A stretch of 64,000 bases of DNA from Alphaproteobacteria bacterium (GCA_965220745.1 CBDCQT010000007.1:288959-352958), one strand, 5' to 3'; positions 9,537 through 19,734 are shown, numbered from the stretch's first letter. Translations and numbers: made by a program. Notes: generated by a model from the letters alone, not told the origin.

Positions 9537-10796
9537 TCAGGCGAAGCGGGCGGCGATCGAGTCATGACCTTCGAGCCTTGCGATGGGGCCGAGCGCGGCC
9601 ACCGTGGGGCGGCCACCCTGCAGGATGCGGCACGCGGTGCGCTGTACCGCCTCGCGGTCGACTGCATCGACGCGCTCGATCAGCTCGGCGATCGTGAGCG
9701 GCCGGCCGAACAGAAGGATATGGCGGCCCAGTCGCTCCGCCCGCGCCTGGGTACTCTCGAGGGACATCAGCAGCCCGGCCTTGAGCTGGGCGCGGGCGCG
9801 GGCCACTTCCTCGTCGCCCACCGTGGCGCACGCGTTGACCAGCTCGTCCGCCATCACCGGGATCAGCTCCGCAAGCTCGTCCTCGCCGGCGCCGGCATAA
9901 ACGCCGAAGATGCCGCCGTCGGCGTAGCTGGAGGCGAAGGTGAAGACCGAGTAGGCCAGGCCGCGCCGCTCCCGGATTTCCTGGAAGAGCCGCGACGACA
10001 TGCCGCCGCCGAGCAAAGTCGACATCACCTGCAGCGCGTAGAAATCGTCGTCGTCGTAGGCGAGGCCGTCGAAGCCGATGAGCAGGTGCGCCTGCTCCAG
10101 ATCGCGCGCGATGCGGCAATCGCCGCCGCTATAGACCGCAACCGCAGGCGCCGGCACCGGGCCTTCCGGCAGCGCGGTGAAGGCTGCTTCCGCCGCCGCG
10201 ACCAGCGCGTCGTGATCGACCCGTCCCGAGCCGACCAGCACCATGCGCTGCGCCCGGTAATGCGCGTCCATGTAGGCCGCGAGCGCCTCCCGCGAATAGG
10301 AGCCTACGCGCTCGGGCGGGCCCAGGATCGTTCGGCCGATAGGCTGGTCCGGATAGGCGGTCTCCTGAAAGCGGTCGAACACGAGATCGTCCGGCGTGTC
10401 GTTGACTTGGGCTATCTCCTGAATCACCACCGCACGCTCGCGCTCCAACTCCTCCTCATCGAAGGTCGAGTGCTGGAGGATGTCCGCCAACAGGTCGAGC
10501 GCCAGCGGCACGTCCTCCTTCATCACCTTGGCGTAATAGGCGGTGGTCTCACGCGAGGTGTAGGCGTTGAGATGGCCGCCCACCGCCTCGATCTCCTCGG
10601 CGATGTCGCGCGCGCTCCGCCGCTCGGTGCCCTTGAAGGCCATGTGCTCCAGCAGGTGCGAGAGCCCGTTGGTCTCTTCCGTCTCGCAGCGCGCGCCGAC
10701 ATCGACCCAGAGCCCGACCGAGGCCGTCTCCACGTGGTCCACGGGATCGCTGACCACCCTGAGTCCGTTGGCGAGCGGCGTTATCTGTACGCTCAC
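9537..10796 (-). CDS. M16 family (pitrilysin/MPP-like) zinc peptidase
   Basis: HLLEHMAFKGT (HxxEH), NAYTSRETT, GGGMSSRLFQEIRE. Confidence 0.93.
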   Translation of the reverse strand: MSVQITPLANGLRVVSDPVDHVETASVGLWVDVGARCETEETNGLSHLLEHMAFKGTERRSARDIAEEIEAVGGHLNAYTSRETTAYYAKVMKEDVPLALDLLADILQHSTFDEEELERERAVVIQEIAQVNDTPDDLVFDRFQETAYPDQPIGRTILGPPERVGSYSREALAAYMDAHYRAQRMVLVGSGRVDHDALVAAAEAAFTALPEGPVPAPAVAVYSGGDCRIARDLEQAHLLIGFDGLAYDDDDFYALQVMSTLLGGGMSSRLFQEIRERRGLAYSVFTFASSYADGGIFGVYAGAGEDELAELIPVMADELVNACATVGDEEVARARAQLKAGLLMSLESTQARAERLGRHILLFGRPLTIAELIERVDAVDREAVQRTACRILQGGRPTVAALGPIARLEGHDSIAARFA

Positions 10797-12208
10797 GCCA
10801 CGCACTCCCGCTGCGGCGCGTGGACCCGGTCGCGGATGAAGCGCGTGAGCAGGGCCGCATCCACGGGCAGCTCAGTCACCCTTTCCGGCTTCGCCGCGAG
10901 CGCCGCAAGCCTGGGCGGCAGGGCCGGGGACACGCCGATGGCGCGCTCGATGGCGTCGGGGAACTTGGCGGCGTGCGCGGTCGCCAGGCTCACCATCGGC
11001 GCCGCGCCGGCGCCGTGGAAGCGGGCGGCGTGGACGCCTGCCGCGCTGTGCGGGTCGATCATGCGCCCGCTTTCGCGCCACACCTTCGCGATGGTGGCGA
11101 GGCAGGCATCGTCGTCGGCGCGCGCGGCGGCGAAGACGGCCTTGGCCTGCGCCAGCCGGGCGCCGCGTAGGGTGAATTCGCCGTGCTCGGCAAGCTCGGC
11201 CATCAGCGCGCACACGGCGGCGCCGTCGCGGCCCGAGAGGTCAGACAGCAGCCGCTCGAAGTTGCTCGCCACCTGAATGTCCATGCTGGGGCTCAGCGTC
11301 CTGTGGACCGTCCCCTTGCGGTAAAGGCCAGTCTCGAAGAAGCGGGCGAGAATGTCGTTCCGATTTGTGGCGACCACGAGGCGTTCGATCGGCACGCCCA
11401 TCTGCTGCGCCGCGTAGCCCGCATAGACGTTGCCGAAGTTGCCGGTGGGCACGGTGAAGGAGACCGCGCGGCCCGGCGCGCCTAGGGCGAGCGCTGCATA
11501 GACGTAGTAGGCGGTCTGCGCCGCGACACGCGCCCAGTTGATCGAGTTGACTGCCGCGAGCCCGATCTCGTCGCGAAGCGCGAGGTCCGCGAAGAGCGCC
11601 TTCACCAGCGCTTGGCAGTCGTCGAAGGTGCCGGCGATGGCGACGTTGTGGACGTTGGGCTCGGCGGCGCACGTCATCTGGCGGCGCTGCATCTCGGAGA
11701 CCCGGCCCGCCGGGTGGAGCACGACCACCGAAAGCGCCTCGCGGCCGCGGAAGGCCTCGATTGCCGCAGCCCCCGTGTCGCCCGAGGTGGCGGCGAGGAT
11801 CGTCGCCGTCCGCCCGCGCTTCGCCAGCACGGCGTCCAGCAGGCGTGCCACCATCTGCAGCGCAAAGTCCTTGAAGGCGAGGGTCGGCCCGTGGAACAGC
11901 TCCAGCAGCCATTGGTCGGGGCCGAGCTGCACCAGCGGCGCCGTCGCGGGGTGATCGAAGCCGGCGTAGCTCTCAACCGCGATGGCATTGAGCTGCTTGC
12001 GTGAGAAGGCGCGCCCGGTGAACTCGGCCATGACGGCGGCGGCGACCTCCGCATAGGGCTGGCCGCAGAGCGCCGTGAGCGCATTGTTGTCGAGGGACGG
12101 CCAGCGCTCAGGGATGTAGAGGCCGCCGTCGCGGGCGAGGCCCTGGAGCAGGGCGTGTTCGAACGAGACCGTCTGCCCACCGGTCTGCCGCGTGCTGATG
12201 TAGCGCAA
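10793..12208 (-). CDS. thrC: Threonine synthase
   Basis: RYISTR, GLARDGGLY, ELFHGPTLAFKD, ATSGDTG, NSINWAR, PTGNFGN, SPSMDIQVASNFER. Confidence 0.96.
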   Translation of the reverse strand: MRYISTRQTGGQTVSFEHALLQGLARDGGLYIPERWPSLDNNALTALCGQPYAEVAAAVMAEFTGRAFSRKQLNAIAVESYAGFDHPATAPLVQLGPDQWLLELFHGPTLAFKDFALQMVARLLDAVLAKRGRTATILAATSGDTGAAAIEAFRGREALSVVVLHPAGRVSEMQRRQMTCAAEPNVHNVAIAGTFDDCQALVKALFADLALRDEIGLAAVNSINWARVAAQTAYYVYAALALGAPGRAVSFTVPTGNFGNVYAGYAAQQMGVPIERLVVATNRNDILARFFETGLYRKGTVHRTLSPSMDIQVASNFERLLSDLSGRDGAAVCALMAELAEHGEFTLRGARLAQAKAVFAAARADDDACLATIAKVWRESGRMIDPHSAAGVHAARFHGAGAAPMVSLATAHAAKFPDAIERAIGVSPALPPRLAALAAKPERVTELPVDAALLTRFIRDRVHAPQRECVA

Positions 12209-12411
12209 GCCGCGCTCTCCGTGCTGGTGCGCCCTCGTCCCGCCCTGGCCAGACTATACGCGCCCGCTGCCGGCCGGCAAGGAAGGGCCGGCTTGGCAGG
12301 GAATTTCGCCATTTGGCCGGGGCGCCCGAGGGTTGTACGCTGCGCCCGCGGCCTGGGGCGGCCACTGAGCCGGCCAGCGGCGCGCATGAGCGATTCAAGG
12401 GAGACACACAC

Positions 12412-14016
12412 ATGCTTCGATCGTTGCGAACGGTGGCCCTGGCAGGCGCCGCCACGGTGGCCGGCGCCGCGTTGGCGTTGGGCGCTCTCGACACCAAACC
12501 CGCCAAGGCCGAAAGCGGTGGCACGCTGATCTGGTCGATCCCGGCGGCGATGAGCCTGTTCGATCCGCCGCAGTCCTGCGGCTGGCTCACCAAGAACGCC
12601 ACCCACATGATCTTCGACGGCCTGGTCGAGCTTGAGCTCGGCAAGCCGGAGAAGGGCTGGGCGACGCTCCGGCCGGCTCTCGCCGAGTCCTGGACCGTCT
12701 CCGAGGACGGCAAGACCTACACCTTCAACCTGCGCAAGGGCGTGAAGTTCCACGACGGCACGCCGTTCAACGCCGAGGTGGCGAAGTGGAACTACGACCG
12801 CTTCTCCAACCCCGACGCGCCGCAGTACAACGAGGTGGCCAACGCCTACCTGAACTTCTATGCGCGCTGGATCGAGTCCACTCGCGCGGTCGACGAGAAC
12901 ACCTTCGAGATCGTTCTCACCCAGCCGCACTACGAGTGGCTGCAGATCGGCCAGTCCTCCTGCGGGCAGCCCGAGATGATCAGCCCGACCGCGTGGGAGA
13001 TTCACGGCGATCAAGACATCGCGCTCCACCCGGTCGGCACCGGGCCGTTCAAGTTCGTCGAGCGTGAGATCGACGTGATGGTCGTGCTCGAGCGCAACGA
13101 CGACTACTACGGCGAGCCGGCCAAGCTCGACTACATGGTCTATCGCCAGATCACCGACCCGGCGACGCGCATCGCGGCGCTCAGGGCCGGCGAGATCAAC
13201 ATGGTCACCGAGCCCACCTGGGACGAGATCGAGAACCTGGTGGACGAGGGCTTCCAGCTCCTGCTGCAGCCCAACGTGCCCTCGGTCTGGTACGCCGCAT
13301 TCAACATGAAGCACCCGGCGCTTCAGGACGTGCGCGTGCGCAAGGCGATCAACATGGCGATCGACCGTGAGGGCGTGGCCCGCGAAGTGCTGAGAGGCAC
13401 CGGCAAGGCCGAGCACGGCATGCTGTCCGCCGGCACCTTCGCCTACGATCCCGACTACAACCCCTATCCCTACGACCCCGAGGGCGCGAAGGCGCTGCTG
13501 GCCGAGGCCGGCTACGGGGACGGCGGGCTGGAGCTCACCTTCGAGATCTTCGACTACGGCTGGAACGAGGCCTGGGAGAAGTGGATGCAGCGCGACCTCA
13601 AGAAGGTCGGCATCGACCTCAAGCTGAACAAGCTGGAGTGGATGACCTATCTCGGCAAGTGGCTCCAGGGCATGCCCGAGACCGTGGCGATGAACAGCAT
13701 GGGCTGGGGCTGGTCGGTACCTTACTGGACCGCCCACGCCACCCGTTGCGACCATCATCCGCCGAACGGCATCAATGGCGGCTGGTACTGCAACGAGAAG
13801 GTCGATGCGCTCTATCAGCAGGCGATCCAGACCGAGGATCAGGCTGAGGCCACGAAGCTCTATCGCGAGGCCAACCGCATCATCATGGAAGAGGACGTCG
13901 CCTTCGTGCCGGTGTTCAGCTACCACAATCCGATCGTTCTGGCGCCCAACGTGAAGGGCTTCGTGAACGGTCAGGAGAACTGGTACGACTACACCCTGCC
14001 CTGGGTTGAGGAGTAG
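12412..14016 (+). CDS. Peptide/nickel (family 5) ABC substrate-binding protein
   Basis: Signal peptide; LAESWTVSEDGKTYTFNLRKGVKFHDGTPFNA, PVGTGPFKF, DVRVRKAINMAIDRE. Confidence 0.93.
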   Translation: MLRSLRTVALAGAATVAGAALALGALDTKPAKAESGGTLIWSIPAAMSLFDPPQSCGWLTKNATHMIFDGLVELELGKPEKGWATLRPALAESWTVSEDGKTYTFNLRKGVKFHDGTPFNAEVAKWNYDRFSNPDAPQYNEVANAYLNFYARWIESTRAVDENTFEIVLTQPHYEWLQIGQSSCGQPEMISPTAWEIHGDQDIALHPVGTGPFKFVEREIDVMVVLERNDDYYGEPAKLDYMVYRQITDPATRIAALRAGEINMVTEPTWDEIENLVDEGFQLLLQPNVPSVWYAAFNMKHPALQDVRVRKAINMAIDREGVAREVLRGTGKAEHGMLSAGTFAYDPDYNPYPYDPEGAKALLAEAGYGDGGLELTFEIFDYGWNEAWEKWMQRDLKKVGIDLKLNKLEWMTYLGKWLQGMPETVAMNSMGWGWSVPYWTAHATRCDHHPPNGINGGWYCNEKVDALYQQAIQTEDQAEATKLYREANRIIMEEDVAFVPVFSYHNPIVLAPNVKGFVNGQENWYDYTLPWVEE

Positions 14017-14038
14017 GGATCGCGGATAGCAGCGAGTG

Positions 14039-14065
14039 GGCCGCCGGGCGCAACGCCCGGCGGCC
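14039..14065 (+). terminator. Perfect 12-bp hairpin after the SBP gene (terminator or mRNA-stabilising stem)
   Basis: ggccgccgggcg-caa-cgcccggcggcc. Confidence 0.6.
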
Positions 14066-14150
14066 GGCTGCTTGTGCGACATCCGACCAGACGGGATCGT
14101 AACCCTTTGCATCACGGTCCCCCATTTCGCATGAAATGCGGCTCTAGAAA

Positions 14151-14262
14151 CCCCCACCTCACCCCGGCCCTCTCCGCCCCCAGGGGCGGAGAGGGAGAGT
14201 TGGCGTTGCCGCTTACGTACCCCCTCCGCCCTCTGGGGGGAGGGGGACAGGGGGAGGTGGGT
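14151..14262. repeat. Inverted pair of CCCTCTCC/GGAGAGGG-type REP-like palindromes
   Basis: cccacctcaccccggccctctccgcccccaggggcggagaggg and the inverted cccctccgccctctgggggagggggacagggggaggtggg. Confidence 0.65.
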
Positions 14263-14381
14263 ACGGGCCGCCCTGATTCCGCTGGGGTCGCAGGGTGCTC
14301 CAGTGGCGGAGGGCTGCGCCGCAGCGACCGAGTGTCCGTTAGCGTGATTGTTCGCTTGCCGATGGGAGGCGCCGCCGCTCC

Positions 14382-15350
14382 ATGACGCGGTTCATCGTCA
14401 TGCGCCTCCTCACGATCGTCCCGATCATGTTCGGGGTGTCGTTCTTCGTCTTCATCCTGGCCCACCTCGCGCCGGGCGACGTCACCACGACGCTGACGGG
14501 GCCTTATGCGACCGAGGAGACGCGCGAGCAGATCCGCGAATCCCTCGGCCTCAACGAGCCCATCCCGGTCCAGTACGGCAAGTGGCTGAGCCACATCCTC
14601 CAAGGCGAGTTTGGCAAGTCCATCGCCAACCGGCGCATGGTCGCCGAACTGATCTTCCCGAAGTTCGCGAACTCCCTGATCCTGGCGCTGACCAGCGCGG
14701 CACTGGCCTACGTCATCGGACTCTTCGCCGGCATCTTCGCGGCCTCCAGGCCCTACGGCTATTTCGACCGATTTACCATCGCCGGCACCCTCATGTTCGG
14801 CAGCATTCCGCCCTACTGGTTCGGGCTGCTGCTGGTGCTGCTGTTCTCGCTGACCTGGCGCTGGCTGCCGGCGACCGGCATGACCAAGATCGTGGGCGGC
14901 GGCGGGCCGATCGACGTGATTCTGCATCTGATCCTGCCAACCATCGCCGCGGGCGCCGCGCCCGCGGCCATCATCGCGCGCACCGTGCGCGCGACCATGC
15001 TCGAGATCCTGAGCCAGAACTACATCAAGGTCGCCCGCGCCAAGGGCATCCGGCGCGGCGTGATCCTGCGCAAGCACGCGCTCCGCAACGCGCTGCCGCC
15101 GATTGCCACGATCTGCGGCCTGCAGCTGGGCTACCTGCTGGGCGGCGTGCTCTTCGTCGAGGTGATCTTCGCCTGGCCCGGTATCGGCTATCAGCTCTGG
15201 CAGGCGATCCAGGCGCGCGACATCCCCACCATCCAGGGCGCCTCGCTGATCATCGGGGTCGCCTTCGTGCTGGTGAACCTCGCAGTCGACGTGTTCAACG
15301 CATACACCGACCCGAAGATCCGCATCTCCGAGGGAGTGCGCTCGCGATGA
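14382..15350 (+). CDS. Peptide ABC permease (DppB/OppB-like)
   Basis: LAPGD, LGLNEPIPVQYGKWL, EAA loop YIKVARAKG..ILRKHALRNALPP. Confidence 0.92.
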   Translation: MTRFIVMRLLTIVPIMFGVSFFVFILAHLAPGDVTTTLTGPYATEETREQIRESLGLNEPIPVQYGKWLSHILQGEFGKSIANRRMVAELIFPKFANSLILALTSAALAYVIGLFAGIFAASRPYGYFDRFTIAGTLMFGSIPPYWFGLLLVLLFSLTWRWLPATGMTKIVGGGGPIDVILHLILPTIAAGAAPAAIIARTVRATMLEILSQNYIKVARAKGIRRGVILRKHALRNALPPIATICGLQLGYLLGGVLFVEVIFAWPGIGYQLWQAIQARDIPTIQGASLIIGVAFVLVNLAVDVFNAYTDPKIRISEGVRSR

Positions 15351-16273
15351 CCGACGCGCCGGGCCTCCACGGCCAGTCGATGCGGCAGCGCTCAGCGGCC
15401 GAGCTCCGGCGCGAGAACCTCCACATCATGTGGCGGACGCTGACGCTCGCCTGGCATGCTTATGCCAAGGACAAGGCCGCGGTGGGCGCGCTGATCTTCA
15501 TGATCATCGTGGTGCTGATCGCGATCTTCGCGCCCTACATCAGCCCGCACGACCCGACCGAGGCGGTCGGCACCCGCGGCGGCCTGCCGGGGACCGACGG
15601 CCTCCTCCTTGGCGGCGACATGGATGGCCGCGACATGCTCTCCCGCCTCTTCTGGGGGGGGCGGGTGTCGCTGCTCATCGGCGTCGTGCCGACCGTGGCG
15701 GCTACCTTCATCGCCGTCGTGCTCGGCCTCTTCGCCGGCTACATCGGCGGCTGGGCTGACCAGGTGGTGATGCGCATCCTCGATGTCTTCTTCGCCTTTC
15801 CGCTGGTGCTGCTCGCCATCGTCATCGCCGGCATCCTGGACCCCGGCGTCGCCACGCTGATCCTCTCCATCACCGTGGCGCTCGTGCCCTACATCGCGCG
15901 CCTGGTGCGAACCACCACGGTCTCGGTCAAGCAGGAGCCCTATATCGAGGCCGCGCGCGCCGGCGGCGCCACCACACCCACCATCCTCACCCGCTATATC
16001 CTGCCCAACATGCTGGCGCCGGTGATCGTCTACTCGACCACGCTGATCGGGCTCATGATGGTGGTGGGCTCCGGCCTCTCCTTCCTCGGCCTCGGCATCC
16101 AGCCGCCGGACGCCGACTGGGGCACGATGGTCTCCGACGGCCGCGCGGTGCTGAAGAGGGCGCCGCACGCGACCGCCTTCCCCGGCTTCGTCATCGTCAT
16201 TGTGTCGCTCGCCTTCTCCTTCATCGGCGACGGCCTGCGCGATGCGCTCGACCCGCGCGCCAGGGTGCGCTGA
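15347..16273 (+). CDS. Peptide ABC permease (DppC/OppC-like)
   Basis: GRDMLSRLFWGGRVSL, YIEAARAGGA, LSFLGLGIQPP, GDGLRDALDPR. Confidence 0.92.
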   Translation: MTDAPGLHGQSMRQRSAAELRRENLHIMWRTLTLAWHAYAKDKAAVGALIFMIIVVLIAIFAPYISPHDPTEAVGTRGGLPGTDGLLLGGDMDGRDMLSRLFWGGRVSLLIGVVPTVAATFIAVVLGLFAGYIGGWADQVVMRILDVFFAFPLVLLAIVIAGILDPGVATLILSITVALVPYIARLVRTTTVSVKQEPYIEAARAGGATTPTILTRYILPNMLAPVIVYSTTLIGLMMVVGSGLSFLGLGIQPPDADWGTMVSDGRAVLKRAPHATAFPGFVIVIVSLAFSFIGDGLRDALDPRARVR

Positions 16274-16284
16274 GGGGTGGCATC

Positions 16285-17295
16285 GTGAGCGAGCCGGTTC
16301 TCAGCGTGCGCGGCCTCAAGACCCACTTTCGCCTGCGCACCGGCACGTTGAAGGCGGTGGACGGCCTCTCCTTCGAGCTTCAGGCCGGGCGCGTGCTCTG
16401 CATCGTGGGCGAATCCGGCTCCGGCAAGAGCGTGACCGCGCAGTCGATCATGCGCCTGATCGAGCTGCCGGGGCGGATCGTCGACGGCGACATCTCGTTC
16501 CGCGACCAGGACCTGCTGGCGCTCACCGAGCACGAGATGGAGGACCTGCGCGGCAACCGCATCGGCATGATCTTTCAGGACCCGATGACCTCGCTCAACC
16601 CGGTCTTCACCATCGGCGAGCAGATCGTCGAGACCATCATCGCGCACACCGGGGCGAGCAAGGAGGAGGCCCGCGCCCGCGCGGTGGAGCTGATGCGCCT
16701 CGTCGGCATCCCCGAGCCCGAGGGCAGGCTCACCGATTACCCGCACCAGTTCTCGGGCGGCATGCGCCAGCGCGTGCTGATCGCCATCGCCATCGCCTGC
16801 GAGCCCGACATCCTCATCGCGGACGAGCCGACCACCGCGCTCGACGTCACCATCCAGGCGCAGATCCTGCGCCTGCTCTCGGACATCCAGAAGAAGCTCG
16901 GCAGCGCCATGATCCTCATCACCCACGATCTCGGCGTGGTCTCGGCCATGGCCGACGAGGTGCTGGTGATGTATTCCGGGCGGATGGTCGAATACGGCGA
17001 CGTGAAGACCATCTTCCGCAACCCCCGGCACCCGTACACCCTCGGCCTGCTGGATTCGATCATCAAGCTCGACGATTCCCGCGAGTCCGAGCTGCGCTCG
17101 ATCTCCGGCCTGCCGCCGATTCCCATCGACCCGCCGCCGGGCTGCGCCTTCCGCGACCGCTGCGTGAAGGCGATGGACATCTGCGGCACCCAGGACCCGC
17201 CCTGGGTCGAGACCGCGACCGGCTCCACTGCCGTCTGCCACGCCGTCGAGGCGGAGGAGGGCGCCGCTGGGGCCGGGCAGGGGGCCGCGCCATGA
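16285..17295 (+). CDS. Peptide ABC ATP-binding protein (DppD/OppD-like)
   Basis: [40 protein letters not shown]. Confidence 0.93.
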   Translation: MSEPVLSVRGLKTHFRLRTGTLKAVDGLSFELQAGRVLCIVGESGSGKSVTAQSIMRLIELPGRIVDGDISFRDQDLLALTEHEMEDLRGNRIGMIFQDPMTSLNPVFTIGEQIVETIIAHTGASKEEARARAVELMRLVGIPEPEGRLTDYPHQFSGGMRQRVLIAIAIACEPDILIADEPTTALDVTIQAQILRLLSDIQKKLGSAMILITHDLGVVSAMADEVLVMYSGRMVEYGDVKTIFRNPRHPYTLGLLDSIIKLDDSRESELRSISGLPPIPIDPPPGCAFRDRCVKAMDICGTQDPPWVETATGSTAVCHAVEAEEGAAGAGQGAAP

Positions 17296-18311
17296 GCGAC
17301 ATCACCACCGGCGGCGGCGCCGGCCGCGGCGCGAACGGCGGCGAAGGCCCTCTCCTCTCGGTCGAGGGGCTGGTCAAGCACTTCAAGCTCGACCCCAAGG
17401 GCCTGTTCGACGCGCCGCCGATCCTGCGTGCGGTGGACGGCGTCGACTTCGACGTGATGCGGGGCGAGACCCTCGGCCTCGTCGGCGAATCCGGCTGCGG
17501 CAAGTCGACGACAGCGCGCCTCGTCCTGCGGCTGATCGAGCCCACCGCAGGCTCGGTCACCCTCGACGACGTGGACGTGCTGGCGTGCTCCAAGAAGGAG
17601 CTGCTGGCGCTCAGGCGCGAGATGCAGATCGTCTTCCAGGACCCGCTCAGCTCGCTCAACCCGCGCATGTCGATCGGCAACCAGATCGCCGAGCCGCTCC
17701 GCTTCCACGGCATCGGCGACAAGGTGGACCGCTTCGACCGCGCCCGCGAGTTCCTGGAGGTCGTGGGCCTCAGCTCGGACTATTACGACCGCCTGCCGCA
17801 CGAGTTCTCCGGCGGGCAGAACCAGCGCGTCGCCATCGCGCGCGCGCTCATCCTGCAGCCCAAGCTGCTGATCCTCGACGAGCCGGTCTCCGCCCTCGAC
17901 GTCTCGATCCGCGCCCAGATCCTGCGACTCCTGATCGACCTGCAGGGGCGCTTCCAGCTCACCTACGTCTTCATCTCCCACGACCTCTCGGTGGTGAAGC
18001 GCTTCTGCAACCGCACCGCCGTGCTCTACCTCGGCCGCATCGTGGAGATTGCAGAGAGCGAGAGCCTCTACCGCGAGCCGCTGCACCCCTACTCCCAGGC
18101 GCTGATCAGCGCGATCCCGGAGGCCAACCCCGACGGCCCCCGCGCGGATTCCCTCGGCGGGCTCGAGGGCGACGTGCCGAGCCCGATCAGCCCGCCCACC
18201 GGCTGCCCCTTCCACACCCGCTGCCCGCACCGGATGCCCGAATGCTCCGAGCAGACCCCGGTGCTCAAGGAAGTCAAGCCCGGCCACCAGGTCGCCTGCT
18301 TCCTGCACTGA
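17292..18311 (+). CDS. Peptide ABC ATP-binding protein (DppF/OppF-like)
   Basis: [46 protein letters not shown]. Confidence 0.93.
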   Translation: MSDITTGGGAGRGANGGEGPLLSVEGLVKHFKLDPKGLFDAPPILRAVDGVDFDVMRGETLGLVGESGCGKSTTARLVLRLIEPTAGSVTLDDVDVLACSKKELLALRREMQIVFQDPLSSLNPRMSIGNQIAEPLRFHGIGDKVDRFDRAREFLEVVGLSSDYYDRLPHEFSGGQNQRVAIARALILQPKLLILDEPVSALDVSIRAQILRLLIDLQGRFQLTYVFISHDLSVVKRFCNRTAVLYLGRIVEIAESESLYREPLHPYSQALISAIPEANPDGPRADSLGGLEGDVPSPISPPTGCPFHTRCPHRMPECSEQTPVLKEVKPGHQVACFLH

Positions 18312-18329
18312 GCCCGGCCCGGGCCGTCA

Positions 18330-18575
18330 GGCCCGGACGGCGCGATAGCGCCGCGCGCGAAGCGCGGAGCCAAGCGAGCGGAGCGAGCGCCCGGCGATTG
18401 AGGGAAATGAAAGAGGCAGGTCCGGAGCGCGCGACCGCGCGCCGCGCCGAAGGCGCGTAGCGTCGCGCGTTCACGCGCGCGGAGCGCACGATCGAACGGA
18501 GTTCGCGCCCGGCGCCTGAGGGAAGTGAAAGAGTCAGCGTCCGGCGACTGAGGGAAATGAAAGAGTCAGCGCCCG
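18330..18575 (+). repeat. Cluster of structured intergenic repeats (two full units plus a 32-bp tandem terminal module)
   Basis: Core gcgYccggcgNNtgagggaaRtgaaagag with GAGGGAA at 18400, 18518 and 18550. Confidence 0.85.
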
Positions 18576-18579
18576 CGCC

Positions 18580-19368
18580 TCACTCCGGCCCGAGGGACAG
18601 GATCGATGTGGGACTGGTGCGAAACACCCGCGGCGCGATTTCCGTCCAGGATTCATAGCAATTATCCGGACTCAAGTGAGATTCGCCGGGATCAGCTGGG
18701 ATCGATGGGTATAGGCGAGCTTCGGCGGGGTTCCACGGGTCCACCGGCACCGACGTGACGGTGCGGGGAGCAGGCGGGGGTGGCGGGGGCCTGCCCTCCA
18801 CCTCCGCACGGATGATGGCGACGGCCTCCGGCGAGAGCCCGCCCTGGCCCTTGGCCCGGCCGGCGCCCTGCGCCGCCTTCTCTGCCGCCCGCTCCCGGTC
18901 TTTGCGGAGCTTGTCGGTGCCTTCGATGCGCTTGAGGGTGAGGGCGAGGCGGGCGAGCTCCTCCGTCGAGACGGGCTCTTCCCGCGCGCTGAGACGAGCC
19001 ATGGTGGCGAGCGCCATGGTCCGCAGGGTCTCGATCAGCACGAGCCCCGCCTGGCCCTCCGGGCGCTCGCCCAGCGCATCCACCCACGCCTTGATGGTGC
19101 GGTCGGTCTCCTGCTGCTGGCGGATCAAGTCGCGCATGTTCTTGGCGTAGCGGCCGACGGCCGAGCGCGAGCATGTCTCGCCTTCGGCTCGGATGCGGGC
19201 GGTGATCTCGTCGATGGTGGCGCCGTCCGCGATGGCCCGATCGACGGCCTCGCGGAGCTTGGCCGGCAGGCGGTCGATGGAGGAGCGGCCGAACGTCCCG
19301 GCCGTTGTGCTCTTGGGGGGTTCGTTTTGCATGGCGTGGCAGTGCTCGCTGGATGGTTCCTGGCTCAT
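18580..19368 (-). CDS. DUF3486 / phage Mu gp27-like protein with a Pro-rich C-terminal extension; start approximate
   Basis: RSSIDRLPAKLREAVDRAIADG.TIDEITARI...SRSAVGRY matches the N-terminal HTH signature of DUF3486. Confidence 0.75.
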   Translation of the reverse strand: MSQEPSSEHCHAMQNEPPKSTTAGTFGRSSIDRLPAKLREAVDRAIADGATIDEITARIRAEGETCSRSAVGRYAKNMRDLIRQQQETDRTIKAWVDALGERPEGQAGLVLIETLRTMALATMARLSAREEPVSTEELARLALTLKRIEGTDKLRKDRERAAEKAAQGAGRAKGQGGLSPEAVAIIRAEVEGRPPPPPPAPRTVTSVPVDPWNPAEARLYPSIPADPGESHLSPDNCYESWTEIAPRVFRTSPTSILSLGPE

Positions 19369-19477
19369 CCCGCGATGCTGCCCCACGCCGCCCCTCCCTG
19401 TGCACCGCACCATGGTCCGGGGCACGCTACCGGCAACCGACGAGGCGTTTGCCCATAGAGGGACCGGGCTGCGCAGC

Positions 19478-19672
19478 GGCCCGGACGGCGCGACTGCGCC
19501 GCGCGCGCCAGCGAACTAAGCGTCTGCCAAGAAGAAGGCCGGACCGTAGGTCCGGAGCGCGCGACCGCGCGCCGCGCCGAATGGCGCGTAGGCAAGCGAA
19601 CGGAGTGAGCGCCCGCCGTCGAGGGAAATGAAAAAGCTCGCGCCCGGCGATTGAGGGAACTGAAAATGCTCG
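19478..19672 (+). repeat. Second cluster of the structured repeat, same orientation as 18330-18575
   Basis: ggcccggacggcgcga..gcgccgcgcgcg and aggtccggagcgcgcgaccgcgcgccgcgccgaa are shared with the left cluster; GAGGGAA cores at 19621 and 19653. Confidence 0.85.
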
Positions 19673-19679
19673 CGTCCGC

Positions 19680-19711
19680 TTGCCGACAAGTCAGACTGGT
19701 CGTATAGTCTG
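19680..19711 (+). promoter_or_regulatory. Putative sigma70 promoter and autorepression operator of the Phd-VapC operon
   Basis: TTGCCG(19680)-17 bp-TATAGT(19703), overlapped by inverted repeat cagact-N8-agtctg. Confidence 0.6.
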
Positions 19712-19734
19712 GTCTAATTGATGCGGAGGCGGCG

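Noticed and set aside
9297-14157. Long antisense ORFs (659 aa, 827 aa, and similar ones at 16737, 35375, 36921, 51852)
   Set aside because: Shadow frames of GC-rich genes with clear motifs on the other strand; no motifs of their own.
18387-18575. Possible mini-CRISPR array (about 29-bp repeats)
   Set aside because: Spacing is irregular (118 then 32 bp), there are no unique spacers, the intervening DNA is itself repeated, and no cas genes are present.
18580-19425. Mu-like prophage
   Set aside because: No terminase large subunit, portal, transposase or structural genes nearby.
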